Source: Phoronis australis (Eukaryota; Animalia; Phoronida). From it: 64,000 nucleotides of DNA. The stretch's first letter is position 1. Each line of letters opens with the position of its first letter. Shown piece after piece: positions 24,301 through 35,562 of the stretch. Below the pieces are notes generated by a model. It made no database searches, had not been told where the DNA came from, and was given only the letters and a program-made list of their open reading frames with translations. The translations under genes were made by a program, and so were the position numbers. Where the stretch lies: positions 1,460,982-1,524,981 of the forward strand of contig NMRA01000010.1 of NCBI GenBank assembly GCA_002633005.1. Reading direction: 5' to 3'.

Positions 24301-27300
24301 CAATACATTTTGTATAATTGCAATTCATACCTAGCCTGTTAAAAGCGGGAGATCCTTGCTATCAATCAGTGCCTCATAGTCTTAGTGTTTGCTCGCTGGT
24401 GTTATTCACTAACACATCACAAGGGGGAGCACTGCTTGGCAAAACACGAAAAGTTGTTAACATTCACTTTGAGACCAAGCCTTCTTTGGCAGAAAAGTTA
24501 CTGAGCATACCAAAAATGAATTGACAAAATGTGGTATTGTTGAAAACGGGATTGACCGACTTTTCCATTAGTATACAACATGATTGAAATAAACCAAAAA
24601 CACGGACAGATGAGGTGTTTAGTTTGTTCCTGTGTATTTCTTATGAAGAGGCGCTGACAAGCTTTAGCGCATGTGCGGCAGTTGATGCTACAAAGTTCTG
24701 ACGATGGCAATCGTTTCTTTTGCCGGTTCACCATCACTAATCTAAAAAACTACTCGTATGACCATTTCCACCGTGTGCTGACACTCCAAGCTTAAAAATC
24801 CAAATGTAACGTGTATGTTCTTTCTTTGATAGGAGCGTGGTCCAAACTAGTTGGCTCTGATGACGTCGACGACGAGGATGTACAACATCATACTTCTCAT
24901 TTTTTGGGAATCAATCTAAGAATATTCGGGAGCAAGGACAGTGACATTACAAAAGCCATTGAAGAAATCAAGCAGTTGTGCAAAGACGAGCTGTGTGACG
25001 TAGTAATGGATGGAAGTCTGAACAAGGAATACGCAGCCATACGTTTGCTCACTAAAGAAGAGGTTGGTGTGTCTTAAAGCGTGCAAGTTCTTTTTAATAC
25101 CAACGGCTTATACATGTACATGCTGAAAATTTCAAAAGTGTCATTGATATCATGGTGACGGTAGTTGGTGTTCAGCTAGTCATTTTCATTGCCATCAGTT
25201 GAGTTGTTTCAAAACTGTCACGTTTCGTTACACTAAAAATAATTGTAGGTGGTCTAGTACACGTTGTACATATATACCAAATGTGCGCAGGCCTTTCAGG
25301 TGGACCCATTGCACTGATCTCCTGAAACCGTTGTGTGCTTTAGTATACAGTGTATGCTTATTTTAAACCGAGCTAAGAGCTAGAGAACTGGTTCAAGGAT
25401 CTACCAGTGTGCCCAAGTGGGACTCGAACTCACAACCGTGAAAGGGCACTTGACCACACTGCCTACTTTCTTTCTTTCCTTACACTTATCTACTGACAAA
25501 TCAACCTCATTTAAACGACAAAGGCCTAAGTCGAGTTATTGGGTACTTTTTTGAAAAGAACTAATTAAGGAGACTTTTCAGATTGCATCTATCAGTGCTC
25601 TCAATGTAAAACATCGTGTGAGCATCGAAGTCGACCTGAACGACAGAATCCACCGTATAAGAATTCGAGGGAGAACGGAATGTGTTTTAAAGGCTAAAGA
25701 CGAAATTAGACAAGTTTTACATTCAGCAGAACAACGAAAGACCATGGCAGAGCAGGCTGAGTTATTAGCAAAGCATGTACAATGGACGTTTGAGGAAAAC
25801 AGTATGTTTAGTTTGTTCTTGTATGTTTTAAGCAATCTTGCATAAGTTTACATGTAACTGGGTCATTTGAAAACAATTGCTCAATTTAGTTATGTGTGTT
25901 CCTGATGTTTGTCTAAGCGTTGTATGACGTTCAGTCCGAAAACATCACAGTGGTTACCAATTGGCATCATTCCATCATTATTTGCAGATGGATGGACGCC
26001 TTATTCGAATATGTCAAATTTGAAGATTGAACAGGCTTACTCAAAGAAAGAATCCAAGATTAAGTTCTCTGAAAATCGGGTCCAGTGCGAAATTGATTTC
26101 AGACAGATGACAGAGCAGACACCTGGGCAAGTACCAGCTCCAGTAAAGAGAGTGGAAATAGGAGCAGGTAAGTACCGAGAACTAGAACACGCTTCCGCAA
26201 ATGGCTACCAACTTTTCGCTGACAAATTTTGAATGGCAATACTATCTGCTAACAAAAGCTGAAAACTTTGCATTACTAATTAGATACAGTAACATGGGAT
26301 TCAGTTGTTTTGCTGGACAAAAGACACTTATTCTAAAGATACATTTAGTGGATCATGTACATAAATATGTACGGAACCTGCTCATCTTTTTCTTGTAATT
26401 GACAGGCAGTGTAATGTTGATCAATTTTAAAAAAAATGGAAATTTCCTTTTGCTCAGGAAACATTGAGAATCCGCCTACCTGGGACAGCATGACTGGTCC
26501 TCTGAAGATAGTCGACTTACAACCAAAATCGCCTGAATATGCAAAAGTGGAAGCAGACTTTGTGAGGATGCAACCGTCGACAGTAAAAAAGGTCGGTACA
26601 TTTGGCCAAAACGACTCCGTTTTGGTACTACATGTAGGTAGTTACGTAGAGACAAGTGTGGTACAGAAGACAAGATTTAAACTACGTGCAGAGATAGAAG
26701 GCAAATGAAGGAGGGGGGAGAGAGCGAGGGCTGAATACGCGTGAATTACTGTTGTGTGGTTTGTTAGAAACTAGGCAATCAGTATGACTGTGACGAATCT
26801 AGAATCGGCAGAAGCCAGTTTTGTCTCAAGAGTGTTCTTATATTATCGACACATCCATGTTTGAATCAGGTTTACGCTTGAAAATTGTCGCAAGATAGGA
26901 GAGCAAAACGATTATGTTGAATATGACAAGCTGCCAATGGGCGGTTTCTTAAAAGACGCTCACATGCGGCTAGAGGGATTCATTTGAACCAGTCACACCC
27001 CAGTTTTGGCTACGAAGATGAGTAGATGTCGTTTCCCCTTGTTGTATTGACTTAACGCAAAGAGATACAAGAGATACTTTCAACGATTCTTTTTAAATAA
27101 TGTTGTCATCATCATTCTGTCAAATTGAACATTCACAAAAAGTGCCCAACGTTTCAAGATGTCAGTGATGGATAGTGTGTTTCGTTCCTGTCAACTCATT
27201 CCGTCTTGCATATCAAATGAAATTGCTTGTCAAGCAAAAGACGCTTTAATGCTCTCCAAACTATAAAGATTTGCGCAGTGGTTTTCAAAATCAAATCGTC

Positions 27301-29361
27301 ATCGTCTAACTTCAAGGAAGTTAAAAGCACAAAAAGTCTACTAAATGTCAATATATTTCTTTTCAACTAGAGCCCGTTTCAATTACGACAGATCTTCTTT
27401 CACAAAAAAGCAACAACTTGTCTTGTAAGTCCTTTTACAAAATAAGATTAGCAATAAGGCGCAAGAACGTAACGTAAACTTTGACAAAAATGTCATTTTA
27501 TTGAGACACATGTTTGAATAACTTGCCAAATAATTCTGCAAGCTCCCCCAAGTTCTTCAGAATCTGGCAGAATTCTGTGGATGTTTGTCACGTTTATTTT
27601 TAACACTACTGCACATGTATGTAACACGTCCCCTATGAAACAACTTTGAGCTTGTTTCATAATGATCTAGTTGCACTTATATGTGAAGAGTCTAAGACAC
27701 CACTATGTATTTCGGCCACAACTACTTTGACAACACTACATGTACAGTGACAGGGATTCTTCAAAATCATTTCCAGATTCAACGTATTCAAAACCCACGC
27801 CTTTGGAAAACTTACGCAATCCATAAAGAATATATGGAGTCTGTAAATTCTAAAGCAAGAAAAATTGAAAGAACACTGTACCACGGTACGAGTGTAGACA
27901 CTTTGGATAAAATAAACAGGCAGGGATTCAACAGAAGTTTTGCTGGAAAGAACGGTAAGTGTTTCATACGTATCTCGGTGGAACGTTTGCTCAAAAATAA
28001 TATAGTGAAGAGATCGATGACACTACTCCGGGCGCACTGATAGTAGTGCCCCCTTGCATGAAACAGTCCCAATTAGAGATTCAACTAAGTTAAGTATATC
28101 TAATGGTATTTGTGGAACTGATTTTTATTTTCATGCTGTTTTAGTGTGATTACTAATTTAGTGTTTGAGAGCGAGAGTCAATTCTACCTTGAATCCTCAA
28201 TATTATAGAAAATAAATAAAGATCCTTTCACGCAAGGCCTCCTAAGTTAAAGATTAGGTCTCTATTTAGTTTCATTGAAACCAGAGCTCAGTTTTTGGTT
28301 AGCATATATTAACAGAAAACATCATTAATCTGAGAGGAGTTCATCATCAAGATGAAATAATTAAAAAAGAATGCAGATGTGTGAGCGAAGAACGATACAA
28401 ATACCCAACACTGAGATTTAGGGAACTTAGTTGAATTCCTTTTTGGGACTGTTTCATGCAACCCATCACAGGACATGTTCCAAAGTCTTACTTCTGTGCT
28501 CAAAACTCGATTAGAAAGCCGCATAAGACACGCTTCAAGAAAATTTAGAAATGCCTACTTTAATATTGCGACGTGGTTGGCTATGTTTCGAGTCTATGAG
28601 TTCAGTCTGAGTTCGTGAACTGAATCCTGAGCTCAGTTATCAAAAAGAAAAGTTTCAGATACAGTGTATCAATGAAAATGCGATGTTAAACCAATTAAAG
28701 ACATTGTGATACATACACTTGAAAGGAACATAAAAAGCAAATAGCGACCGTGAATTTGTTTTGCGGCATAGCTACGGGTTAAAACGTCGGGAGTTAAATT
28801 TTAATCACGGTTGATGGTTGGTTGTGATCGGAGTGGGAATTAAACAGAAAGGACATTTGGGAAATGGCTATATTTGTAAGATGTGCACGGTTAGACAGCA
28901 CTTTGTAACTGAAGTCAGCACTAACGTCTCTGGGTTATTGCTCCATAGTTTCTTAAATGTAAACCTGACTGATTTAAAAAGTTAGTGACTCAATATATTT
29001 TCTCCTAATCAACTTGCGCCAGACTGGGCACAACAAGTTTCAAACCATTGTCTTAAATTTTATTTTACATGAAGCTACGGCATTGGGTGCTGGAGTGTAC
29101 TTTGCGGTAGACGCATCCTACTCAGCTAGGGGCAATTATGCCACGCCAAATCCGGCTACAGGAGAGCAACACATTTACCAATGTAAAGTCTTGACTGGCG
29201 AGTACACCCAAGGAAATCACTCGATGGTAACACCACCTGCAAGGAATGTTTCAGGCAGTGTACTGTATGACACAACTTGTGATAACGTCAACAACCCGTC
29301 AATATTCGTTACTTTCCACGACAATCAGGCATACCCTGAGTACCTTATAACATTTCAATAA
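71..29361 (+). CDS. PARP14: PARP14-like macro-PARP (mono-ADP-ribosyltransferase), 5' partial; gene span, 21 coding exons
   Basis: GT-AG exons 71-391, 513-785, 1031-1336, 1484-1741, 3164-3400, 4575-6278, 6565-7020, 7329-7441, 8720-8947, 9545-9763, 10010-10103, 10554-10670, 11533-11598, 19949-20116, 20498-20680, 24833-25062, 25582-25801, 25988-26167, 26458-26591, 27777-27954, 29075-29361 sum to 5972 nt in one frame (phase-1 start) ending at TAA. The order RRMs-KH-3 macro-KH-WWE-ART (YHGT...GVYFA...YPEYLITF) is the PARP14 architecture. Confidence 0.92.
513..785 (+). CDS. PARP14: PARP14-like exon, RRM-like repeat
   Basis: aatcag|TTGCT...GATG|gtacg; VDVSGF...HFFENKKKSRGGPI. Confidence 0.85.
1031..1336 (+). 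CDS. PARP14: PARP14-like exon, RRM-like repeat
   Basis: ttttag|ACGC...TCAG|gtagg; IRISGLP...NFFENRRKSAGGKV...ALVTF. Confidence 0.87.
1484..1741 (+). CDS. PARP14: PARP14-like exon, RRM-like repeat
   Basis: tttcag|CTGCG...CCAG|gtaag; VVVSNIPEDASSELLLNYMEN. Confidence 0.85.
3164..3400 (+). CDS. PARP14: PARP14-like exon, RRM-like repeat
   Basis: gtgcag|ACGTC...ACAG|gtgtg; IQVHNLP...NYFENKKKSGGGEV. Confidence 0.87.
4575..6278 (+). CDS. PARP14: PARP14-like large exon: KH-like region and start of macrodomain 1
   Basis: Within the 604-aa ORF; ttacag|TTGTG...CAAG|gtaag; ends GDMTKHKVDVIVNAANGELKNVGGLALAI. Confidence 0.92.
6565..7020 (+). CDS. PARP14: PARP14-like exon, macrodomain 1 C-terminal half
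   Basis: TGSGNLPCKKVVHVVGPQW...SLAIPAVGAGIFGVP; ctag|GTGG...AAAG|gtggg. Confidence 0.9.
7329..7441 (+). CDS. PARP14: PARP14-like exon, linker and start of macrodomain 2
   Basis: tctag|TTGTG...AATG|gtaac; TTRSGVVIKMVKGQLAHQM; phase 1 to 0 fits neighbours. Confidence 0.8.
7870..8400 (+). mobile_element. Degenerate L1/Tx1-type LINE reverse-transcriptase fragment
   Basis: NIPGLLVILDFEKAFDSVY* at ~7926-7985, followed by decayed FG..IKKWV and PYLF..CAE-like text; boundaries approximate. Confidence 0.65.
8720..8947 (+). CDS. PARP14: PARP14-like exon, macrodomain 2
   Basis: ADVIVNTVGAHLDLSQGAVSNSLFQKAG...TQGYNLPC; tgtag|GCT...AAG|gtaag. Confidence 0.9.
9545..9763 (+). CDS. PARP14: PARP14-like exon, macrodomain 2 end
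   Basis: SIAFPAIGTGILG...LKDLRVVVYD; tacag|TGC...CAA|gtgag. Confidence 0.9.
10010..10103 (+). CDS. PARP14: PARP14-like linker exon
   Basis: tttag|GCATTTGAG (AFEAEI..)...GCAG|gtgaa; needed for phase 0 to 1 continuity. Confidence 0.75.
10554..10670 (+). CDS. PARP14: PARP14-like exon, macrodomain 3 start
   Basis: VRVFQGDITKQATDAIVNPSN; tandem cagcag acceptor; ATGG|gtatg. Confidence 0.88.
11211..11362. repeat. ~150-bp near-perfect palindrome
   Basis: aagtaggtaaataaaacaacaagaatggatca... versus ...tgatccattcttgttgttttatttacctactt. Confidence 0.85.
11533..11598 (+). CDS. PARP14: PARP14-like small exon, macrodomain 3
   Basis: tttcag|GTCAG (GQVSAAIVSAGGDAIVEECRRK)...AAG|gtaaa. Confidence 0.85.
13381..13557. 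repeat. (GGCGTCCGTCC)n 11-bp tandem repeat
   Basis: Directly visible; it produces the spurious repetitive ORFs at 13376-13773. Confidence 0.95.
13608..15655 (-). mobile_element. Internally deleted non-LTR retrotransposon (APE endonuclease + RNase H, no RT)
   Basis: IVSWNTRS..IVVIQEIKL, ILVNLYVP (APE); ITVATDGS and IPEHCGISFNVKADELA (RNase H); (AGAAAC)n tail; possible ACAT duplication. Confidence 0.75.
19030..19200. repeat. 16-bp minisatellite (GCTATAAGCACAAGTA)n, about 10 copies
   Basis: Directly visible inside the right Academ TIR. Confidence 0.92.
19949..20116 (+). CDS. PARP14: PARP14-like exon, macrodomain 3
   Basis: MTGAGNLSCHHIVHV...SLSIPAIGT; ttacag|GG...ACGG|gtaac. Confidence 0.88.
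20498..20680 (+). CDS. PARP14: PARP14-like exon, macrodomain 3 end
   Basis: LRSINIVVFHQQMVSVY; ttttag|CT...CAAC|gtaag. Confidence 0.85.
21719..23758 (+). mobile_element. Kolobok-type DNA transposon relic with THAP pseudogene
   Basis: TTAA|AGGACAATGCCACCC ... GGGTGGCACTTTCCT|TTAA; 21884-22185 reads MVRCVVPAC..FFRYP..*KWL..RVCGRHF..LKSDAVP with stops. Confidence 0.8.
24833..25062 (+). CDS. PARP14: PARP14-like exon, KH-like segment
   Basis: LRIFGSKDSDITKAIEEIKQL; conserved with paralog exon 63169-63395. Confidence 0.88.
25582..25801 (+). CDS. PARP14: PARP14-like exon, KH-like segment to WWE start
   Basis: RIRIRGRTECVLKAKDEI...LAKHVQW; conserved with paralog. Confidence 0.88.
25988..26167 (+). 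CDS. PARP14: PARP14-like exon, WWE domain
   Basis: WTPYSNMSNLKIEQAY...IDFRQMTE...VKR. Confidence 0.9.
26458..26591 (+). CDS. PARP14: PARP14-like exon, start of ART domain
   Basis: PPTWDSM...VDLQPKSPEYAKVEADF. Confidence 0.88.
27777..27954 (+). CDS. PARP14: PARP14-like exon, ART catalytic (His)
   Basis: IQRIQNPRLW...ERTLYHGT...GFNRSFAGKN. Confidence 0.93.
29075..29361 (+). CDS. PARP14: PARP14-like last coding exon, ART catalytic
   Basis: GVYFAVDASYS...VLTGEY...PSIFVTFHDNQAYPEYLITFQ*. Confidence 0.93.
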
Positions 29362-31886
29362 GCACATGACCGTATACTAGGAGACTGCTTGCGCAAGTTC
29401 CTGAAGTTTCACAAACTCAAATAAGCTTTGTCATTAATTTTAAGTGGAATACCTTGTAATCCTAGCTCGTTCTATGATGTCAGTGAATGTAGGCTAATTG
29501 GCACTGGTAGTTTAGTTAACTATAAGATTCAGCTGTTGAATTTTCTGGTGATGCTGGAGGGACTAGAAATCAATACTGGTTAAGATACTAATTGTCTGAA
29601 GGTCATAATATAAACTGATAATATTCGTGTTGTTACGTGTACGTAGTTCAGTCATGGCAGAAATCAAATTCATCACAATGGTGTAAGCCCACCTTGCCGT
29701 GAGAGTGCTCTTCTTAAAAACACGTTGAATTCAGCTTCGTGATCAACATATTGTTTGTTGTATAATATTGCTATATCGATACATCTATGTATTACCACAG
29801 AACTCCCACTGCGTTGTACGTGTAATCCCTGCGGTACCTGCGTCACTAAAAATTCGTAACTTGCAGACTCTTATCGTAAAATTACGCCAAAACTTACACC
29901 TGATTGTATATATAAAAACGATACGAAAATTCAGTGAAACAGGGCCCCATCTGACTTCTTCCCCACCTCTGTCTCACCTGTGTTCGCTTGATAGCCTTGC
30001 TTATTTTCGTGGCTGTCTGCTTGAATGTTGCGTGACATATTGCCTTCATGTAAATTGCACTCAAATAAACAGATATAGTAACATTCCTCGACTTATCAGC
30101 CTTGAGATGTCAGATTTTGTGTAATCCCAGAATCAGTCCCGAGTTTATAGTTGCCTTTTGATGTCGTTTACCTGTTCATGTCATATTCCCAATCGAGGGC
30201 GTTCACAGGGTCTTAAAAATATTACCGCGCTCATTCGATCTTGAGTTGTTGCAGAATGAGGAAGCAACACAGTCACGTCAAAGCAATGCGTGGATGCGCT
30301 TTTTTCGAATTCTCAATTTGTGGGGATGGCCAACCTCAAAAACAGTGACATAAATAGCATTCATCACGGTACGGGATATTATGAGACACGGTCTACTTTG
30401 AGCGAAAAAGAACATTGCCAGGCGAATAGTAAGTTTAAGGAAATCAATAGGTGCGTGGAATCGAACACACTTGTTCTGTGGTAACAGCCGCACATGGAAT
30501 TCCAAGCCATCAGTAAGTAGAGCATACAGGTTTTACATGTTAACGCATTCTCATTTGACTTATTTACTAGTTATTGTATTTTTAAGGATTAATGTGCTCC
30601 TAAGACGACTTAGCGTATCCTAGGCTGACTTGAGTCTAATTCCCGAAAAGCGCTTTACTCAAGTCACATGATTCGATTCGTGATGTGTGTGCCGAATGAC
30701 ACTCCTTGTTGCAGTTCGGATTTGTGGACCAGTCCATGACAAAATGGCTGGATTTGTTTAACGCTGTACCACAGAACTTCATGAATGTGCGAGAAATCTA
30801 TTGGCTGATAGTGTGGCAAGAGAAGCGCGCAGCTAATTAAGATTAACGCTGATGATCGACTTTGCGCTGACAGAACTAGCTGAGTGCTGTTTTCACCCAT
30901 CAAAACCCTTAAATCCTCTTATTACTATAATTTTATGGATTACCTGATTGTTTTGCTCTGTTTTTTTATTTTTATGGCATTTAAACGTGTTCCAGTTCCT
31001 CAATATGTCAATGGCCATACTTAAAATATTTTTTATCAGTTTTAAATGGAATTCCGTTGCAACTTGTGGTCCCTGGCGGTTTACAAGTAGGAATCAAGTC
31101 GTTGTGGTCCCAAAACTAAACTTACTTCTTCAATTTATTACGTGAACAGACTCGTGACCGTCTACTAACTGCAATCCGGGGTAAAGTATGGATTTTTCCC
31201 CTGAGTGGAAAGGTCAAGTAAGCGTATAATTGCGGGTCTGTGGGTGGCTAAATAACCAATAAGTTCACGTGATCGTTGACGTCACCTTGTGAATTTACTG
31301 CTTCCGTTCATTGGCTCCAGAATGGGAAGTCTCTTATTTAAATGTTTGGATAGTGCGTTAAGGTGTGAAACTACAATATTTCGCTACCGAAGTACAGACT
31401 TATGGTCAGTGAGCCCGGAAATGTAGCAGAGTACTTCGGAAGTACTTCCACCTGGAAGTTTATGAGTACCTGAGCAATTAAGGGTCTGAGTAAAGTTTTT
31501 GTGGTCATGTGGTCAGATAACAAAAAGCTAGGTCAACCACTTCCGGCATGTGAACACAGCACTGAGCCGAAAAGCCCGTGGATGGAAGATGGGCAGCTGG
31601 CTACAAGTTAAAAAAACAGTCAGAATAGTAAATCAAGTGTATTAGAGTAAACACAATAACAATTAAAATATCTGCCGCTACACTCTGCCCCGAAGTAAAT
31701 GGTATTGCAGAAACTAATATACAGCATATAACTATAAATAAACTTATTAACAATGTCAACTAAAAACGTCACAGAGAGCTTCGAAACACTGAGACGGTGA
31801 CTTTCCGGTAATCGAAATCTTCCAGTAAGGCTTCATGAGGATGACGCTACCCATAGCCCAGAAATTCAAGTGCCTTAAGTTCTTTT

Positions 31887-32955
31887 ACAAGAGCAAAGCC
31901 GAGTGTTGAAGTGCGTCCACGGGTGCACCGGAAATCATAACCTTTTAGGGTTGTTTATTTGAATCATAAAATGGCCACTAGATGGCGCAAAAACAGCCAA
32001 TCACCCAAAACGGGAACATGCCATTGCTTCTCGGATAGAAAGTTTTTTTTTCAAATTTCATAAAAATCTGTCAAGGAACTTCAGAGAAAAAAAGGAAAAT
32101 GAAATAAAATAAAATTGCCACTAGGGTACACAGCGTTCGTTGGGTCGCCTGAAAGTGGTCATCTACTGTTAGCTTCATATGAATACACTTACTAAATTTA
32201 ATAAACATGCTGCAGTGTTTTTAGGAGATACAGCTAGGGAGACGCAAACCAAAATAAGACTACCACTAGGAGGCGCCACAGTAGTCGATATCGTCATCGT
32301 CAAACGTCTTCTTCCCACAGAGAACATATACGCCGATTTTCAAAACAATCCTTAGAATGGTTCGGTTGATAGTAGGGTGGACGACAAAAAACATATTGGA
32401 AAATGGTAAAAAATCGCCACTAGGTGGCGCAAAATACTTTGATGCCATCCAAAAACGGGGGGATAGAATCATTTCACCAACAGATGCTGATACTCAAAAT
32501 TTTATGAAAATCCGTTGAAGATTTTTGAAGGTACGTAAATGTAATAAACTAAAATTGCCATTAGGGGACACACTTGTAGTCGTCCCTTGACAATATAACA
32601 TAAATATTCTTGCTAAATTTAGTAAAGATCCTGCAAACCGTTGAAGCGATACAGCTAAAAAAAGAAAACTGCCATCAAAAGGCGCCAAAATAGTCGAGGA
32701 TGTCGGAAATCATCGTCAGCCTTTCTTTTCATATTTGTAGTAAGAATTTACACGTCAATTTTCACAATCATCCTTAGAGCGGCTTGGTTGATAGTGGGGT
32801 GGACGCCAGAAAATGGACTCGAAAACAGTAGAAATGGGCACTAGGTGGGGCAAACTATGTTGAATCCATCCCAAAATGAGAGGATAGCGTAATCTCACCA
32901 ATAGATGCCTATCTGCCAAATTTTATGAAAATACGTTGAGGATATTTGAAGATAC
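31887..32955 (-). mobile_element. Second (partial) copy of the HINE-like repeat family, between the convergent genes
   Basis: Reverse-complement similarity to 15690-17237, including the acaagagc end and the core units. Confidence 0.75.
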
Positions 32956-35492
32956 CTACGCGGCTTTGGTTTATTTTATCTGGGCATTCCCACATTTCTA
33001 GATCTCTCTAGGCACCTACGATGTTAGTTTCATTTTTATCTCCACATTTTCCATGTTATGAGAAAAAGTGTTGAAGAAAAGGTCAGTTCATCAAGCGAGT
33101 TCGCAGATTTCAAATATACAGCCAGGTTTGACAGGCGGGTAAAGTAGACCCGTTAGCATTCTAGCTGCTTGTGAACTTCCCTTATCATGAAAGCCTCAAA
33201 ATACCTAAGTCCTACAAACGGGAACTGGATGTCGACGATCTTGACTGTGGTATTACGGTAAAGCTTTCTTTCCGTAACCGGACTACGTGACCGTTGGCAC
33301 ATGCACAATTACATGTACCAAAAACTTAACAATCAGATGCGTTTCCAGCGATGACCAAAAACGCTCCAGTTCTGTTACTAGATCGTGCTTGCTGTCGGCA
33401 TATTGAAGACGTTCATACTAGCACCAGATATCAAGAGTGATAGCAATGCACTTTCGTGGAAGTAGTGTGGTGTATATTCAGTCGTATAGAAGGAGCGTTT
33501 TACTGAGACTTCCACTAAATCCTATGGTTAGTCGAGATCTTAAGTATGTAGTTTAAATATGTTAAACAACACGTGTTTTTATATGGGTGTGTTATTAGCC
33601 GAGGTTGATGGGCTATGTGAGAATTTCCACTCGTCCTATTATATTCATTTGAAAATTAGGTAAATATCTTTGTACAGACTTTAAAATGCAACAGTTAGTG
33701 GATTACTCGATAATTCATTTCTACCCTTGCCAAATCTGTGTCAAATACGCAAGTCATTCGAAACGATTGTAGATTATCGTTTTTTCTCGGTTGTGGTAAT
33801 TTAAAATTCGAGTTTGATTAGCTTTTGGGTGGATTTACAAAAAATGAACACTTAGCTTTATAGTATTTGTCGAATATTGAACATGTTTTTATTTACCATC
33901 AAACAAATGCTTATCATCTATCCCCAAATACTTGAAAATCGTTTTAAGAGATTTAGATTGCCGTTGACGGTTAATTGAACCACTTCTATAAGTCAATGGT
34001 AACTTTCAATTCACCACTGAAATATCCATCTTGAGAACTTCGACAGTAGTTACCAGCAGGTGTATGCTTTCAACTTTACGATGGTGAACTGTAAGTGTTC
34101 TGTTGATGAATTCAATGAAACCTTTTTCCTTTTAATACATTTATTTCCAATAACTCAGAAAGCATAAACACCCACACAAACAACATGCAGCAACTGAATG
34201 GTCGCTCAGTTTTCAAAAATATGGTTAAAACTTAACCAACTATCTCTAAATCTAGCAAGCCGTCTATTTTTCAAAAAATATATATAACTCTATGACACAC
34301 CAATGTTTTAAAATATTTTCAAAAGCATCAATATATAGTAAAACGGTCCCAATATAAGTGATATTTTGCTACAATCAAAATTAAATCTGATATAGATGAT
34401 AAGATTTTTCGTTTGTTGCGAAAAAAGGGGCATTCATTAATATTTCACCACTATCAATGAAGCACAATTTAGCAACAACTTTCCAAAAATCTATTAAATT
34501 CACGATATAGAAATAAATGTGACATGAACATTTTGATTATGAAAGAAATTTATTATCAATCAGTTCTCCGCCGATCCTGCGGAGTGATTTCCATCCCGAT
34601 GCTTAACATGCTTGAGTTGTCGATCAGTAGCAGCAGCCGACGACCGGTATGCCCTGCCGATAACGACCCACTGATGGGGGGTAAGACGATTTTTTGTAGC
34701 AAACACATCAGATCAGCGTTGGCAGCTTTATTTGTTTCGTTATACGACCACTGTTTCTTACTTTCTCCGGCACATTCGTATCTTAAAAGTGCACATGGCC
34801 TCTATGGTCTAACATTATAAAAAAGGCTCCTTATTCACACAAAACATTAAAGTCTAGAATCACAAGCTTGCACACGGATACACACAAATACAAGAAAACA
34901 AAACAACACCAGGGTTGGGATTATAAGACCATACTCGAGAGTCTAAGCAATAAACAAACATGGACCCCGGTTGGTATCATTTCATAAGGGTAGAGGGAGA
35001 GAAATGGTACTCTCCCAAGGTCCATCTGGCATGATATCTCTTCTAGATAAGTCTATAACTGTTTTGTTGTACGACCACTGTTGCTTACTTCCTCTGACAA
35101 TTTTCATAATATTGATATACTGACATGCTTTGTAGTGTCTACTCGCTTTCTCGTCAGGAGTTTATGGTTTCAGCCGTCTAATTGTCAGACGGTGCATGAA
35201 TAAAATGAGATACTCCACGGCTAGCTTGGTCTGAGTTACTCCATCACGGAAATTATCGTATCTGGTTTCAGCCAATTAGAGGACTAAAGTACCAGTGGTC
35301 GTGCATTGATAGCAACTATGATCGAGTGAGCTCTATGCCGACTGCCTATCTTTCTGCTGAAAGACCACGCTGTACAATTCATCCGTCGTAACTTAAACAT
35401 TCATGTACCATGAAAAGTCAATCTACGGAAACACAAACTCGGGGTGAACGTGACATAAATGTACTGTTTTGTATTCAATAATCTGCGTCATT

Positions 35493-35562
35493 TCACTCAA
35501 TTCCTTTAGCGCGAAGTTCTTCCCTCACTCTAGCCAGATAGCCAGGATCAGGATAGCCAAAC
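35493..35562 (-). CDS. DTX3L: DTX3L-like last coding exon
   Basis: ctgtag|G TTT GGC TAT CCT GAT...GGA ATT GAG TGA ([22 protein letters not shown]); phase 2 matches the previous donor. Confidence 0.9.
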
